Assembly (NCBI GenBank): GCA_040754955.1
Contig: JBFMCA010000010.1
Coordinates: 1,041 to 65,040 of the forward strand
Length of the DNA stretch: 64,000 bases
Source: Acidobacteriota bacterium
GTDB lineage: Bacteria; Acidobacteriota; Vicinamibacteria; Vicinamibacterales; UBA2999
Reading direction: 5' to 3'
Shown here: piece by piece, positions 1-7,818 of the stretch
Layout: each line of letters starts with the position of its first letter
Numbering within the stretch: the first letter of the stretch is position 1
Made by a program: the position numbers and the translations under genes
Notes under the pieces: generated by a model
Seen by the model: only the letters and a program-made list of their open reading frames with translations
Database searches by the model: none
What the model was told of the DNA's origin: nothing

Positions 1-1287
1 TTTCTCGACCTGAGCGGCGCGGTGTCCACCGGAGGCGAGCGCGGCCTGCTCGGCCTGGCATTTCCGCCGGACGCCGCCACGTCGGGCCGTTTCTTCGTCA
101 ACTTCACGAACCCCGCCGGCGACACCGTCGTCGCGCGGTTTCGCCGATCCGCCAACCCGCTCGTCGCGGACCCGGCGTCACGCTTCGACCTGCGGTGGCC
201 TGACGGCGCGCGGTTCATCAGGCAGCCGTACTCGAACCACAACGGCGGGCACCTCGCGTTCGGTCCCGACGGGCACCTGTATATTGGCCTCGGTGACGGC
301 GGCAGCGGCAACGATCCCATCAACGCAGGCCAGGATCCCGCGACGCTGCTTGGCAAGATGCTGCGCATCGACGTCCGCGTGCCCGACAGCGACGCCGCCG
401 GCTATCGCGTACCGGCCGACAACCCGTTCGCCGCCGGGCAGCCCGTTGCCGCGCTGTCGGAGATCTGGGCGTTCGGCCTCAGGAACCCGTGGCGGTATGC
501 CTTCGACGACGTGGCGCGCGGCGGGACGGGGGCGCTCATCGTGGCCGACGTGGGGCAGGGCGCGCGCGAGGAGGTCAACTACGAGCCTCCCGGGCGTGGC
601 GGGCGCAACTACGGCTGGCGGCTGCGGGAGGGCCGGATTGCGACGCCCGGCGTGCCCGCCACGCCGGCTGCGTTCACGCCGCTGACCGACCCGCTCTTCG
701 ACTACCCGCGCGACGTCGGCCGGTCCGTGACGGGCGGGTTCGTGTATCGCGGCAGCGCGCTGGGCGCGGGCTACCAGGGCCGCTACTTCGTCGCCGACTA
801 CGTGACCGGACGGGTCTGGTCGGTCGGCCTCGCGGTCGGCGCTGGCGGCGAGGCGGCGGTTACCGACGTGCTCGAGCACACGGCCGAGCTCCAGCCCCTG
901 GGCTTCATCTCGAGCTTCGGCGTCGACGTGAACGGCGAGCTTTACCTCGTCCTGTACTCGACGCAGGCGGCGGCGGGCCGCGTGGTACGGATTGCGCCCG
1001 ACATCCAGGGCGCGCCTGCCGCGCCGGCGCTGGCTGCCGACGTGAGCGGATCCACGGTCACCCTGACGTGGCAACCCGGCGTCGGCGGCGCGGCTCCGAC
1101 CGGGTTTCGCCTCGAAGCCGGCTCGCGGAGCGGCGCTGCGGACCTGGCGGTGGTCGACGTGGGAGCGGGCGAGCGGAGCGTCGTGGCGCGCGCCGTGGGT
1201 CGCGGTGTGTACTACGTCCGGATCCGGGCGCTCCGAGGGGCGACGAGCGGTCCGCCGTCAGCGGAGATCGTCGTGACCATCCCCTGA
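1..1287 (+). CDS. PQQ-dependent sugar (glucose/sorbosone) dehydrogenase family protein with C-terminal Fn3-like domain; 5' end cut by window edge
   Basis: Frame 1 is open from nt 1 (FLDLSGAVSTGGERGLLGLAF...), so the listed start at 22 is internal. Family motifs ERGLLGLAF, HNGGHLAFGPDGHLYIGLGDGG and GLRNPWR are present. The C-terminal ~90 aa (TVTLTWQP...YYVRIRA) looks fibronectin-III-like. Confidence 0.7.
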   Translation, partial: FLDLSGAVSTGGERGLLGLAFPPDAATSGRFFVNFTNPAGDTVVARFRRSANPLVADPASRFDLRWPDGARFIRQPYSNHNGGHLAFGPDGHLYIGLGDGGSGNDPINAGQDPATLLGKMLRIDVRVPDSDAAGYRVPADNPFAAGQPVAALSEIWAFGLRNPWRYAFDDVARGGTGALIVADVGQGAREEVNYEPPGRGGRNYGWRLREGRIATPGVPATPAAFTPLTDPLFDYPRDVGRSVTGGFVYRGSALGAGYQGRYFVADYVTGRVWSVGLAVGAGGEAAVTDVLEHTAELQPLGFISSFGVDVNGELYLVLYSTQAAAGRVVRIAPDIQGAPAAPALAADVSGSTVTLTWQPGVGGAAPTGFRLEAGSRSGAADLAVVDVGAGERSVVARAVGRGVYYVRIRALRGATSGPPSAEIVVTIP

Positions 1288-1980
1288 GGTGAGCTCGTCG
1301 ACCTTCGCCATGGCGCGTCGCGCGAGGCGCGTCAGGACGACCGTGACCGCGATGGTGGCGGCGAGTCCCAGCCCCAGCACGGCGTAGTACGCGGCGTCCC
1401 GCGGGGCGGCAACGCCGCTCGCCACCGCGGCGAGATCGCCGGCGACCTTTCCGGCGTAGACATACACGCTCGTGACCGGCAGCATGCCAATCGAGGCCAG
1501 CGCGTAATCCGCAAAGCGGACGCGGCTGAGGCCCAGCGCGTAGTTCAGCAGCGTGAACGGCACGACCGGAGACAGCCGCAGGAGGAGCACCAGCCGGAAG
1601 CCTTCGCGCTCGACCGCGCGATCGATAGCCACGAGGCGGGGATGGCGCTCGAGCAGGTGCTCGACGAACTGCCGCGCCACATAGCGACCGCTCAGGAACG
1701 CCAGCGACGAGCCGAGCGTGGCCCCGAGCATGACGTACGCGACCCCGAGCGGCAGTCCGAACAGCGCGCCGGCGGCGACGGTCAGGACGGACCCGGGAAT
1801 GAGCAGCGTCGGCGCGATGGTGTACCCCGCGACGAAGGCGACCGGCCCCCACGGCCCCAGCTCGCGCACCCAGGCGGCAAAGCCCGGCAGCCACGCGGCC
1901 GCCTCGCGCCCGAGCAGGACGACGACGACGAGCGCGGCGCCGGCGAGCGCAGCGACGACCCAGCCGCGTTGAGGGCTCAT
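1258..1980 (-). CDS. DedA / TVP38-TMEM64 family membrane protein
   Basis: Listed ORF 1258..2379 is over-extended into the upstream gene. The ATG at 1978-1980 (MSPQRGWVVAALAG...) gives a 240-aa multi-TM protein with a DedA-type core (GYTIAPTLLIPGSVLTVAAGALFG, RLSPVVPFTLLNYALG). Its start overlaps the upstream stop as ATGA. Confidence 0.75.
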   Translation of the reverse strand: MSPQRGWVVAALAGAALVVVVLLGREAAAWLPGFAAWVRELGPWGPVAFVAGYTIAPTLLIPGSVLTVAAGALFGLPLGVAYVMLGATLGSSLAFLSGRYVARQFVEHLLERHPRLVAIDRAVEREGFRLVLLLRLSPVVPFTLLNYALGLSRVRFADYALASIGMLPVTSVYVYAGKVAGDLAAVASGVAAPRDAAYYAVLGLGLAATIAVTVVLTRLARRAMAKVDELTSGDGHDDLR

Positions 1981-3422
1981 CGCCTCCCCCAGGCGAGCCA
2001 GGCGCTCATGAGCCGCCGCACGAGGGGCGTCAGGCGCGTCCGGTTGTAGTCGTCGCCGAGCTGCCGCAGCGCTTCGGCGTAGGTGGGATAGGGATGCACC
2101 ACGCTCGCCAGGCGCCCGAGGCCCATGCGGGCCGCCATGACAACCGCCATCTCGCCGACCATGTCCCCGGCGCGCGGCGCGACAATCGTGGCGCCCAGCA
2201 CCCTGTCGGACCCCCGCGATGTCAGCACCCGCACGAACCCGTCGGCCGCATCGTCGGTGACCGCGCGATCGAGGCGGGAAAGCGGGCGCTCGTACACGTC
2301 GACCGCCACATTCCGCGCGTCGGCCTCGGCCCGCGAGAGCCCGACGCGGCCGACCTCGGGGATCGTGTAGGTCGCCCACGGGATGGTCAGGGCGCTGGCC
2401 TTGCGCCGGCCGGCGAAGAGCGCGTTCTGAATGACGATGCGCGCGGCCGCATCGGCGGCGTGGGTGAACTTCCAGTCCAGGCAGACGTCGCCGCAGCCGT
2501 ACACCGCCGGGTTGGTCGTGCGCAGCCGGTCGTCGACGACGAGGCCACGCCGCTCGTCGACGCGGACGTCCGCGCGATCCAGGTCGAGGTCCTCGATGTT
2601 CGGCCGCCGGCCCACCGCCACGAGCAGCTGGTCAGCGGCGATCGTGGCGCCGTTGGAGAGCGTCAGCACCCGCTCGGCTCCTTCGAGCCGCACCGAGGCC
2701 AGCGACACGCCGGTCGCCACGCGCACGCCACGTCGCGCGAGGGCGGCTCCAACGACGCCGCCGACATCCGCGTCCTCGCGGGGAAGCAGGTTCGGCGCGG
2801 CTTCGATGAGGCTGACCTCTGAGCCCAGCCGGGCGAAGGCTTCGGCCAGCTCGCAGCCGATGGGGCCGCCGCCGACGATGGCCAGCCGGGCCGGCCGGCG
2901 TTCGAGCTCGAACACCGACTCGTTGGTGAGCGGCGCCGCGTCGGCCAGACCCGGAATGTCGGGCACGGCCGGACGCCCGCCGGTCGCGATGACCGCACGC
3001 GCGAAGGTCAAAACCTGGCCCGCCACCTCGACCTGGCGTGGCGACCGGAAGCGCGCGTGGCCGAAGTACACGTCGACACCAAGCCCGCGGAAGCGCTCGG
3101 CCGAGTCGTGCGGGGCGATGGCGGCGCGCACGGCGCGAACGCGTGCCATCGCGGCGGTGAAGTCGCCGGCGTCGGCGCGCGCGGCGTGCAGGAGCGCTTT
3201 CGACGGCACGCAGCCCACGTTGAGGCAGTCGCCGCCCAGCAGGTGCCGCTCGACGAGAGCGACGTTCGCGCCCAGCCCGGCGGCGCCGGCGGCGCAGACG
3301 AGGCCGGCGGTGCCGCCGCCGATGACGACCAGGTTGTAGCGGCCCGCCGGCAGCGGATTCTGCCAGGCCGGCGGGTGAACGCTTGCCAGCAGCCGCTGGT
3401 TGGCGGGATCTGCCCGGTTCAC
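1977..3422 (-). CDS. FAD-dependent pyridine nucleotide-disulfide oxidoreductase (mercuric-reductase-like / dihydrolipoamide dehydrogenase family)
   Basis: 481 aa. Has a GxGxxG FAD site (VVIGGGTAGLVCA), the class-I redox-active disulfide GGDCLNVGCVPSK, a second Rossmann site (IVGGGPIGCELA) and a C-terminal dimerisation region (HPYPTYAEA). GTG start. Confidence 0.8.
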   Translation of the reverse strand: MNRADPANQRLLASVHPPAWQNPLPAGRYNLVVIGGGTAGLVCAAGAAGLGANVALVERHLLGGDCLNVGCVPSKALLHAARADAGDFTAAMARVRAVRAAIAPHDSAERFRGLGVDVYFGHARFRSPRQVEVAGQVLTFARAVIATGGRPAVPDIPGLADAAPLTNESVFELERRPARLAIVGGGPIGCELAEAFARLGSEVSLIEAAPNLLPREDADVGGVVGAALARRGVRVATGVSLASVRLEGAERVLTLSNGATIAADQLLVAVGRRPNIEDLDLDRADVRVDERRGLVVDDRLRTTNPAVYGCGDVCLDWKFTHAADAAARIVIQNALFAGRRKASALTIPWATYTIPEVGRVGLSRAEADARNVAVDVYERPLSRLDRAVTDDAADGFVRVLTSRGSDRVLGATIVAPRAGDMVGEMAVVMAARMGLGRLASVVHPYPTYAEALRQLGDDYNRTRLTPLVRRLMSAWLAWGRR

Positions 3423-3452
3423 GCGCAGGCCCCGCGGCCGCGCGGGCCGGCG

Positions 3453-3911
3453 TCAGACGTCGCGGGCAAAGCGGGCCTCGATGGCGTCGATCTTGGCGAG
3501 CCGACGGAGGTGGCGCTCCTCACCGGTGAAGGAGGCGCCCAGGAACGCCTCGCAGAGCGCCTGGGCCAGGGCGGGCCCGACCACGCGGGCGCCAAGGCAC
3601 AGCACGTTGAGATCGTCGTGCTCCACGGCCTGGCGGGCGGAGTAGGCATCATGGCAGACCGCAGCGCGAACGCCGGGGAACTTGCACGCCGCAATGGCCG
3701 CGCCCGCGCCGCTTCCACAGATCAGGATGCCGCGATCGACCTGGCCGTTTCTGAGGGCGGTGGCGACGGCCTCGGCGATGTCGGGATAGTCGACGCTCTC
3801 GGCGGTGTGGGTGCCGACGTCGAGCATGTCGTGTTCCTGCTGAGCTAGAGCCGCGAGCAGAGTCCGCTTGAGATCGACCCCCGCGTGGTCGGCTCCGATG
3901 GCAACGCGCAT
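3453..3911 (-). CDS. rpiB: ribose-5-phosphate isomerase B
   Basis: Internal ATG at 3909-3911 gives MRVAIGADHAGVDLK...ILICGSGAGAAIAACKFPGVRAA...NVLCLG, the typical RpiB/LacAB core (152 aa). The 24 codons upstream in the listed ORF are low-complexity. Confidence 0.85.
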   Translation of the reverse strand: MRVAIGADHAGVDLKRTLLAALAQQEHDMLDVGTHTAESVDYPDIAEAVATALRNGQVDRGILICGSGAGAAIAACKFPGVRAAVCHDAYSARQAVEHDDLNVLCLGARVVGPALAQALCEAFLGASFTGEERHLRRLAKIDAIEARFARDV

Positions 3912-3918
3912 GCGGGAG

Positions 3919-3924
3919 ATTATA
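3919..3924 (-). promoter_or_regulatory. candidate -10 box (TATAAT) 7 nt upstream of the rpiB ATG; possible leaderless transcript
   Basis: Minus strand reads TATAAT-ctcccgc-ATG. There is no purine-rich SD between them. Confidence 0.4.
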
Positions 3925-3945
3925 GGGGGGCTTCGGGCGTCGGGC

Positions 3946-4004
3946 CTCCCCCCTCCACCCCTTCCAGACCTCCACCCCCCCAAGCCTCCAAGCCTCCCAA
4001 CCCT
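3946..4004. repeat. C-rich ~8-nt periodic tract (TCCANNCC-like; includes CAAGCCTC x2)
   Basis: ctcccccc tccacccc ttccagac ctccaccc ... caagcctc caagcctc ccaaccct. It lies between the divergent rpiB and VWFA starts. It is the reverse complement of the GAGGCTTG octamer family at 56693-56732. Confidence 0.6.
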
Positions 4005-4008
4005 CGTC

Positions 4009-4014
4009 TATACT
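4009..4014 (+). promoter_or_regulatory. candidate -10 box (TATACT) 6 nt upstream of the VWFA-gene ATG
   Basis: TATACT-ggtggc-ATG. The same CTATACTGG string forms the -10 of the bactofilin promoter at 35419-35427. Confidence 0.35.
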
Positions 4015-4020
4015 GGTGGC

Positions 4021-5283
4021 ATGCAGCTCCACAGCCTGCGGACCGGTGGGGGCCTTCTGGCCCTGGCCCTGGTGACGGCGCTCTCGATCGCTCCGGCGGG
4101 GCAGCAGCCCGGCAGCGCGCCGGCCGGCCAGCAGCCGACCTTCCGGGTGAACGTCGATCTCGTGACGACCGACGTGATCGTCCGGGGCGACAACGACCAG
4201 TTCATCGCAGACCTCGGCAAGGACGACTTCGAGGTGTACGAGGACGGCGTGAAGCAGGCTATCGCCTCGCTCACGCTCGTGCATGGCGGGCGGGTGCACA
4301 ACCTGCAGGCACCGCCGCCGCCGCCGGCCCAGGAGGGCATCATCCTGCCGCCGTCGCGCCCGCGCAACGACGCCGCCGGCCGCATCTTCCTGATCATGGT
4401 GGATGACCTCCACCTCGATTTCCGCAACACCGGCCGCATCCGCGACCTCTTCAAGCGCATTGCCTCGACGCTCGTGCACGAGGGCGACATGTTCGCCATG
4501 GTCTCGACCGGCCCCTCGTCGATTGCGATCGACCTGACGTACGACCGGAAGATCCTCACCGACGTGATCAAGAAGATCACGGGCAACGGGCTGCGCCCCT
4601 CGGACATCATCCAGGGGCAGGACAACGCGGATGGCCCCGCCGAGGTGCGCTACCGGGCGCACGTCGCGTTCTCGACGGCCTACGACTTCCTGCGGCAGAT
4701 GGAGAAGATCAACAACCGGCGGAAGGCCGTCATCTGGGTCAGCAACGGCTACGATTTCAACCCCTTCGAGGAGTCGCGCCTCGGCGAGGACCCGATTTTC
4801 GGCGGGCGCTTCGGCCAGACGCGCGAGGAGGGCCGCGAGGAGAGCAAGTTCACGCGCCAGGGGCAGCAGTTCGCCGACGCCGATCTCGCGCGCGAGCTGG
4901 CGGAGCTGACGCGCACGGCGAACCGCGCCAACGCCACGGTCTACACCATCGACCCGCGCGGGCTCGTGGCCGGCTCGGACCTCGACGAGCAGCTCGATCC
5001 GGTGGAATTCGGCACCTACGTCCGCAAGACCCAGGACAGCCTGCGCGTGCTGGCCGAGGAGACCGGCGGCATCGCCGTCGTGAACCAGAACGACTTCAAC
5101 CGCGCGCTGAAGCGGATCGACGCCGAGACGAGCGACTACTACGTGCTCGGGTATTACTCGTCAAACCCGGATCCGCTGAAGCGGACCCGGCGCATCGAAG
5201 TCAAGGTCCTGAGGCCGGGTCTGAACGTCTGGTCGCGGACGTCCTACTCGCTCAGGCAACCGCCTCAGCCGTCCCAGCAGTAG
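4021..5283 (+). CDS. VWFA-related (acidobacterial-type) domain protein, secreted
   Basis: ATG at 4021 gives MQLHSLRTGGGLLALALVTALS (signal peptide). This is followed by FRVNVDLVTTDVIVRGDNDQFIADLGKDDFEVYEDGVKQ, the characteristic N-terminal module of the acidobacterial VWFA-related family, then a VWA-like core (IFLIMVDDLHL). Confidence 0.7.
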   Translation: MQLHSLRTGGGLLALALVTALSIAPAGQQPGSAPAGQQPTFRVNVDLVTTDVIVRGDNDQFIADLGKDDFEVYEDGVKQAIASLTLVHGGRVHNLQAPPPPPAQEGIILPPSRPRNDAAGRIFLIMVDDLHLDFRNTGRIRDLFKRIASTLVHEGDMFAMVSTGPSSIAIDLTYDRKILTDVIKKITGNGLRPSDIIQGQDNADGPAEVRYRAHVAFSTAYDFLRQMEKINNRRKAVIWVSNGYDFNPFEESRLGEDPIFGGRFGQTREEGREESKFTRQGQQFADADLARELAELTRTANRANATVYTIDPRGLVAGSDLDEQLDPVEFGTYVRKTQDSLRVLAEETGGIAVVNQNDFNRALKRIDAETSDYYVLGYYSSNPDPLKRTRRIEVKVLRPGLNVWSRTSYSLRQPPQPSQQ

Positions 5284-5416
5284 ACGGCTCGCGCTTCAGC
5301 TCCTCGAGGATTCGCTCGCGCAGCCAGGGCACCGGCTGCGGATGGATCTGGAGGAACGCCCTCCACTCCTCGTCGGTGAGTACCAGGGAAATAACGTGCT
5401 CGCGGCTGGCAGGCAT
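5252..5416 (-). CDS. possible small ORF (54 aa), hypothetical
   Basis: Hand-translated: MPASREHVISLVLTDEEWRAFLQIHPQPVPWLRERILEELKREPSTAGTAEAVA*. It has high GC3 like real genes here. It is below the ORF-track length cut-off, has a weak SD, and its 3' end overlaps the convergent VWFA gene by 32 nt. Confidence 0.25.
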   Translation of the reverse strand: MPASREHVISLVLTDEEWRAFLQIHPQPVPWLRERILEELKREPSTAGTAEAVA

Positions 5417-5517
5417 GGGTCCGGGCCTTTCGTCTCAACGTGATGAACGCCCCCGATCCTAGCGGCCGCGCGTCCAGACAGAAAATCGAATGATTGCATC
5501 CCGGCCATGAGCGCGGC

Positions 5518-6453
5518 TCATGGCGCGAGCTTCAGCTTCGGCTTGACGCGCTCGAAGGCCCGGATGACCTCCTGTACCGATCGAGGCGTGCGGCTCATCT
5601 TCGGGTACACCCAGCCCGTCTCGCGCAGCAGCGAGCGCCCTTCGATGCGCGCGCAGTACAGCTGCCCGCTCGTCACGTCGCGCGCCGCGGCCTGGTAGGG
5701 GATGATGCTGATGCCGATGCCGTGGCGGACCATCGCCTTGATGATCTCCACGTTCTCGGTCTCCAGCACGATCTGCGGCTCGATGCGCGCCGTCATGAAG
5801 AACTCGTCGATCACGCGTCGCGTGTTGGACCCGGGCTCGAACAGCACGAAGGGCTGGCGCATCAGGTCCTGCGCCAGGATCCGGCGCTTCCGGCCCAGGG
5901 GGTGCTTCGACGCCGTCACGACGAGCAGCTCCTCCTGCATGACCGGCACCGTCACCAGGTCCGGCTGATCGACGGGAAGCGTGAGGAACGCCAGGTCGCC
6001 GGTCCCCGCCCGCAGGTGCGCCAGGCACCGCTCGGCGCTCCCGGTAACGAGCTTCAGGTCGACGTCCGGGTGCAGCCGCTTGAGCTCGGTCAGCAGCGAG
6101 GGAAACACGTAGAGGCACACTGTCATGCCGCCCAGCAGGCGGATGGTGCCGCGGAGCGCCTCGGAGCTGTCGGTGATGCCGGCAATGGTGTCCTTCAGGT
6201 CCTGGAAGACGCGGTGGCTGAGCTGCAGCAGCGCCTCGCCGGCCGGCGTGATGCGGATGCGTCGGCCGACCCGCAGGAACACCGGCTCCTTCAGCTCCTC
6301 TTCGAGCAGCAGAATCTGCCGGCTGATGGCCGACTGCGACACGTGCAGCTTGTGCCCGGCCGCCGTGAACGACCCGGTTTCGGCGATGGCGCGGATGATC
6401 TCGAGCTGGCGCAGGTCCACCCGGACGGGTCCTCCCGAGGTGAGAGCATACAT
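5518..6453 (-). CDS. LysR-family transcriptional regulator
   Basis: N-terminal wHTH (LRQLEIIRAIAETGSFTAAGHKLHVSQSAISRQILLLEEEL) plus a LysR substrate-binding domain. The start is uncertain: ATG 6453 is preferred, GTG 6495 is possible. Confidence 0.85.
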   Translation of the reverse strand: MYALTSGGPVRVDLRQLEIIRAIAETGSFTAAGHKLHVSQSAISRQILLLEEELKEPVFLRVGRRIRITPAGEALLQLSHRVFQDLKDTIAGITDSSEALRGTIRLLGGMTVCLYVFPSLLTELKRLHPDVDLKLVTGSAERCLAHLRAGTGDLAFLTLPVDQPDLVTVPVMQEELLVVTASKHPLGRKRRILAQDLMRQPFVLFEPGSNTRRVIDEFFMTARIEPQIVLETENVEIIKAMVRHGIGISIIPYQAAARDVTSGQLYCARIEGRSLLRETGWVYPKMSRTPRSVQEVIRAFERVKPKLKLAP

Positions 6454-6508
6454 GCGTCTGAAAGATGGATTCAAGTAGGTGTAGAACCCGCGCACATGAA
6501 AGGCGGGA

Positions 6509-7375
6509 TCAGCCCGACTTGAGCGCCGACTCGGTGCGCGCGATCGCCTCGCGCAGATACTCCTCGTCGAGCTCCACCCCAGTGAAGCTCACTCCCAGGC
6601 GCGCCGCTGCAACGGCCGTGCTGCCGAGGCCCAGGAAGGGATCGACGACCAGCTTCGACCGGGTCAGGCCATGCAGCCGCAGGCAGTACTCCGGCAGTCG
6701 CGGCGGGAAGGTGGCGGGGTGCGGCCGGTCGGTGTCGCGGCTCTGGATGGTCTGGTAGGGCACGAACCACGTGTTGCCCCGGCACCGCCGGCCCGAGCCC
6801 GCCGACCGCCACCGGCGGATGTTCGATGCGTCCTGGTACTTCACCCCAAGGGCAAGCCGGTCGATCGGCGTCCGGCCATGCGGCGTGAAGTGGAACACGA
6901 ACTCGTGGCAGTCGTGGAGGAACCGATCGGAGTTGATCGGCTTGTAATGACCCACCGCCAGGTCGTCGGCCAGTTGGGCCCGCGCCCCGGCCGCGTCCTT
7001 CTCAATGGCGATCGACTTCACCCAGTGGATGAGATTCTGCAGCCGGAGGTGCGGACGAACCGCCTGGGCGACGTCGAGCGCCGTCCACGGGTCCGACGGC
7101 TTGGCCCCGACGTTCAGGAAAAGCGACCCCTTGGCTCGCAGCACCCTCGCGACCGCCTCCACCCACTTGCCGCTCCACGCCAGATATTCCTCACGCGGGC
7201 GGCCATCGTCGTACGACCGGTACCGGATGCCAAGATTGTAAGGAGGGGAGGTGACGACGACGTCGACCGACGCGCGCGGGAGGAGGCCGAGCAGGTCGAT
7301 GCAGTCACCGAGATAGAACCGGAGGACCTGCGACCCCCGGCGAAGCTGTCGAAAAGGACGGGGCAGACGGGGCAC
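6509..7375 (-). CDS. site-specific DNA methyltransferase, N4/N6 beta-class (motif IV before motif I)
   Basis: 288 aa. Catalytic motif VVTSPPYN is near the N-terminus and the AdoMet motif VVDPFLGLGSTAVAA near the C-terminus, as in the PF01555-type family. GTG start. Confidence 0.85.
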   Translation of the reverse strand: MPRLPRPFRQLRRGSQVLRFYLGDCIDLLGLLPRASVDVVVTSPPYNLGIRYRSYDDGRPREEYLAWSGKWVEAVARVLRAKGSLFLNVGAKPSDPWTALDVAQAVRPHLRLQNLIHWVKSIAIEKDAAGARAQLADDLAVGHYKPINSDRFLHDCHEFVFHFTPHGRTPIDRLALGVKYQDASNIRRWRSAGSGRRCRGNTWFVPYQTIQSRDTDRPHPATFPPRLPEYCLRLHGLTRSKLVVDPFLGLGSTAVAAARLGVSFTGVELDEEYLREAIARTESALKSG

Positions 7376-7402
7376 GAACCCCCGATTGTACCGCGTCCTG
7401 AG

Positions 7403-7612
7403 CTACGACGCGTGCGCCGTGGCGATGGTGGCTGCCTCGAAGCGCTCGCGCTCGGGCGACACCGTGTGGTTCCGCCGGTGCGCGTGGCTCGGACACCCCG
7501 CGCCCTTCTCCTCGACGTAGGTGACCTCGCGGGTGCTGCCCACGTCGCGGTACTTGCCCACCACGCATCCGCAGGGCAGCGTTGCGAAGCCAAGCAGCCT
7601 CACGACGCTCAT
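7403..7612 (-). CDS. small Cys/His-rich hypothetical protein (69 aa)
   Basis: The internal ATG at 7610-7612 is preceded by GGGGAGG 8 nt upstream. Sequence MSVVRLLGFATLPCGCVVGKYRDVGSTREVTYVEEKGAGCPSHAHRRNH... It sits 27 nt upstream of the methyltransferase on the same strand. Confidence 0.5.
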   Translation of the reverse strand: MSVVRLLGFATLPCGCVVGKYRDVGSTREVTYVEEKGAGCPSHAHRRNHTVSPERERFEAATIATAHAS

Positions 7613-7818
7613 GTTCGATGCCTCCCCGTTGCACGTAGTAGCACGTTTCGTGCCGCGCACGCCGCCCCACTTTCGGGCCAGCGATCGCTGATGCGCCTCG
7701 CCGCGCCGTGGCAATTCGTGGCCAATCGTGTCAATTGTTCTATCGGCAACCGCCAGCCGCGGTTCAGCGGAGGCCTGTGCCCTGTCATCCCGCTCTCACA
7801 GGGCGTCGAGGAATTGGA

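Noticed and set aside
6509-7714. Complete restriction-modification or other defence system around the methyltransferase
   Set aside because: There is no endonuclease-, helicase-, ATPase- or specificity-subunit-like ORF on either side. Only a 69-aa ORF accompanies it, so I report it as an orphan MTase and not as a defence system.
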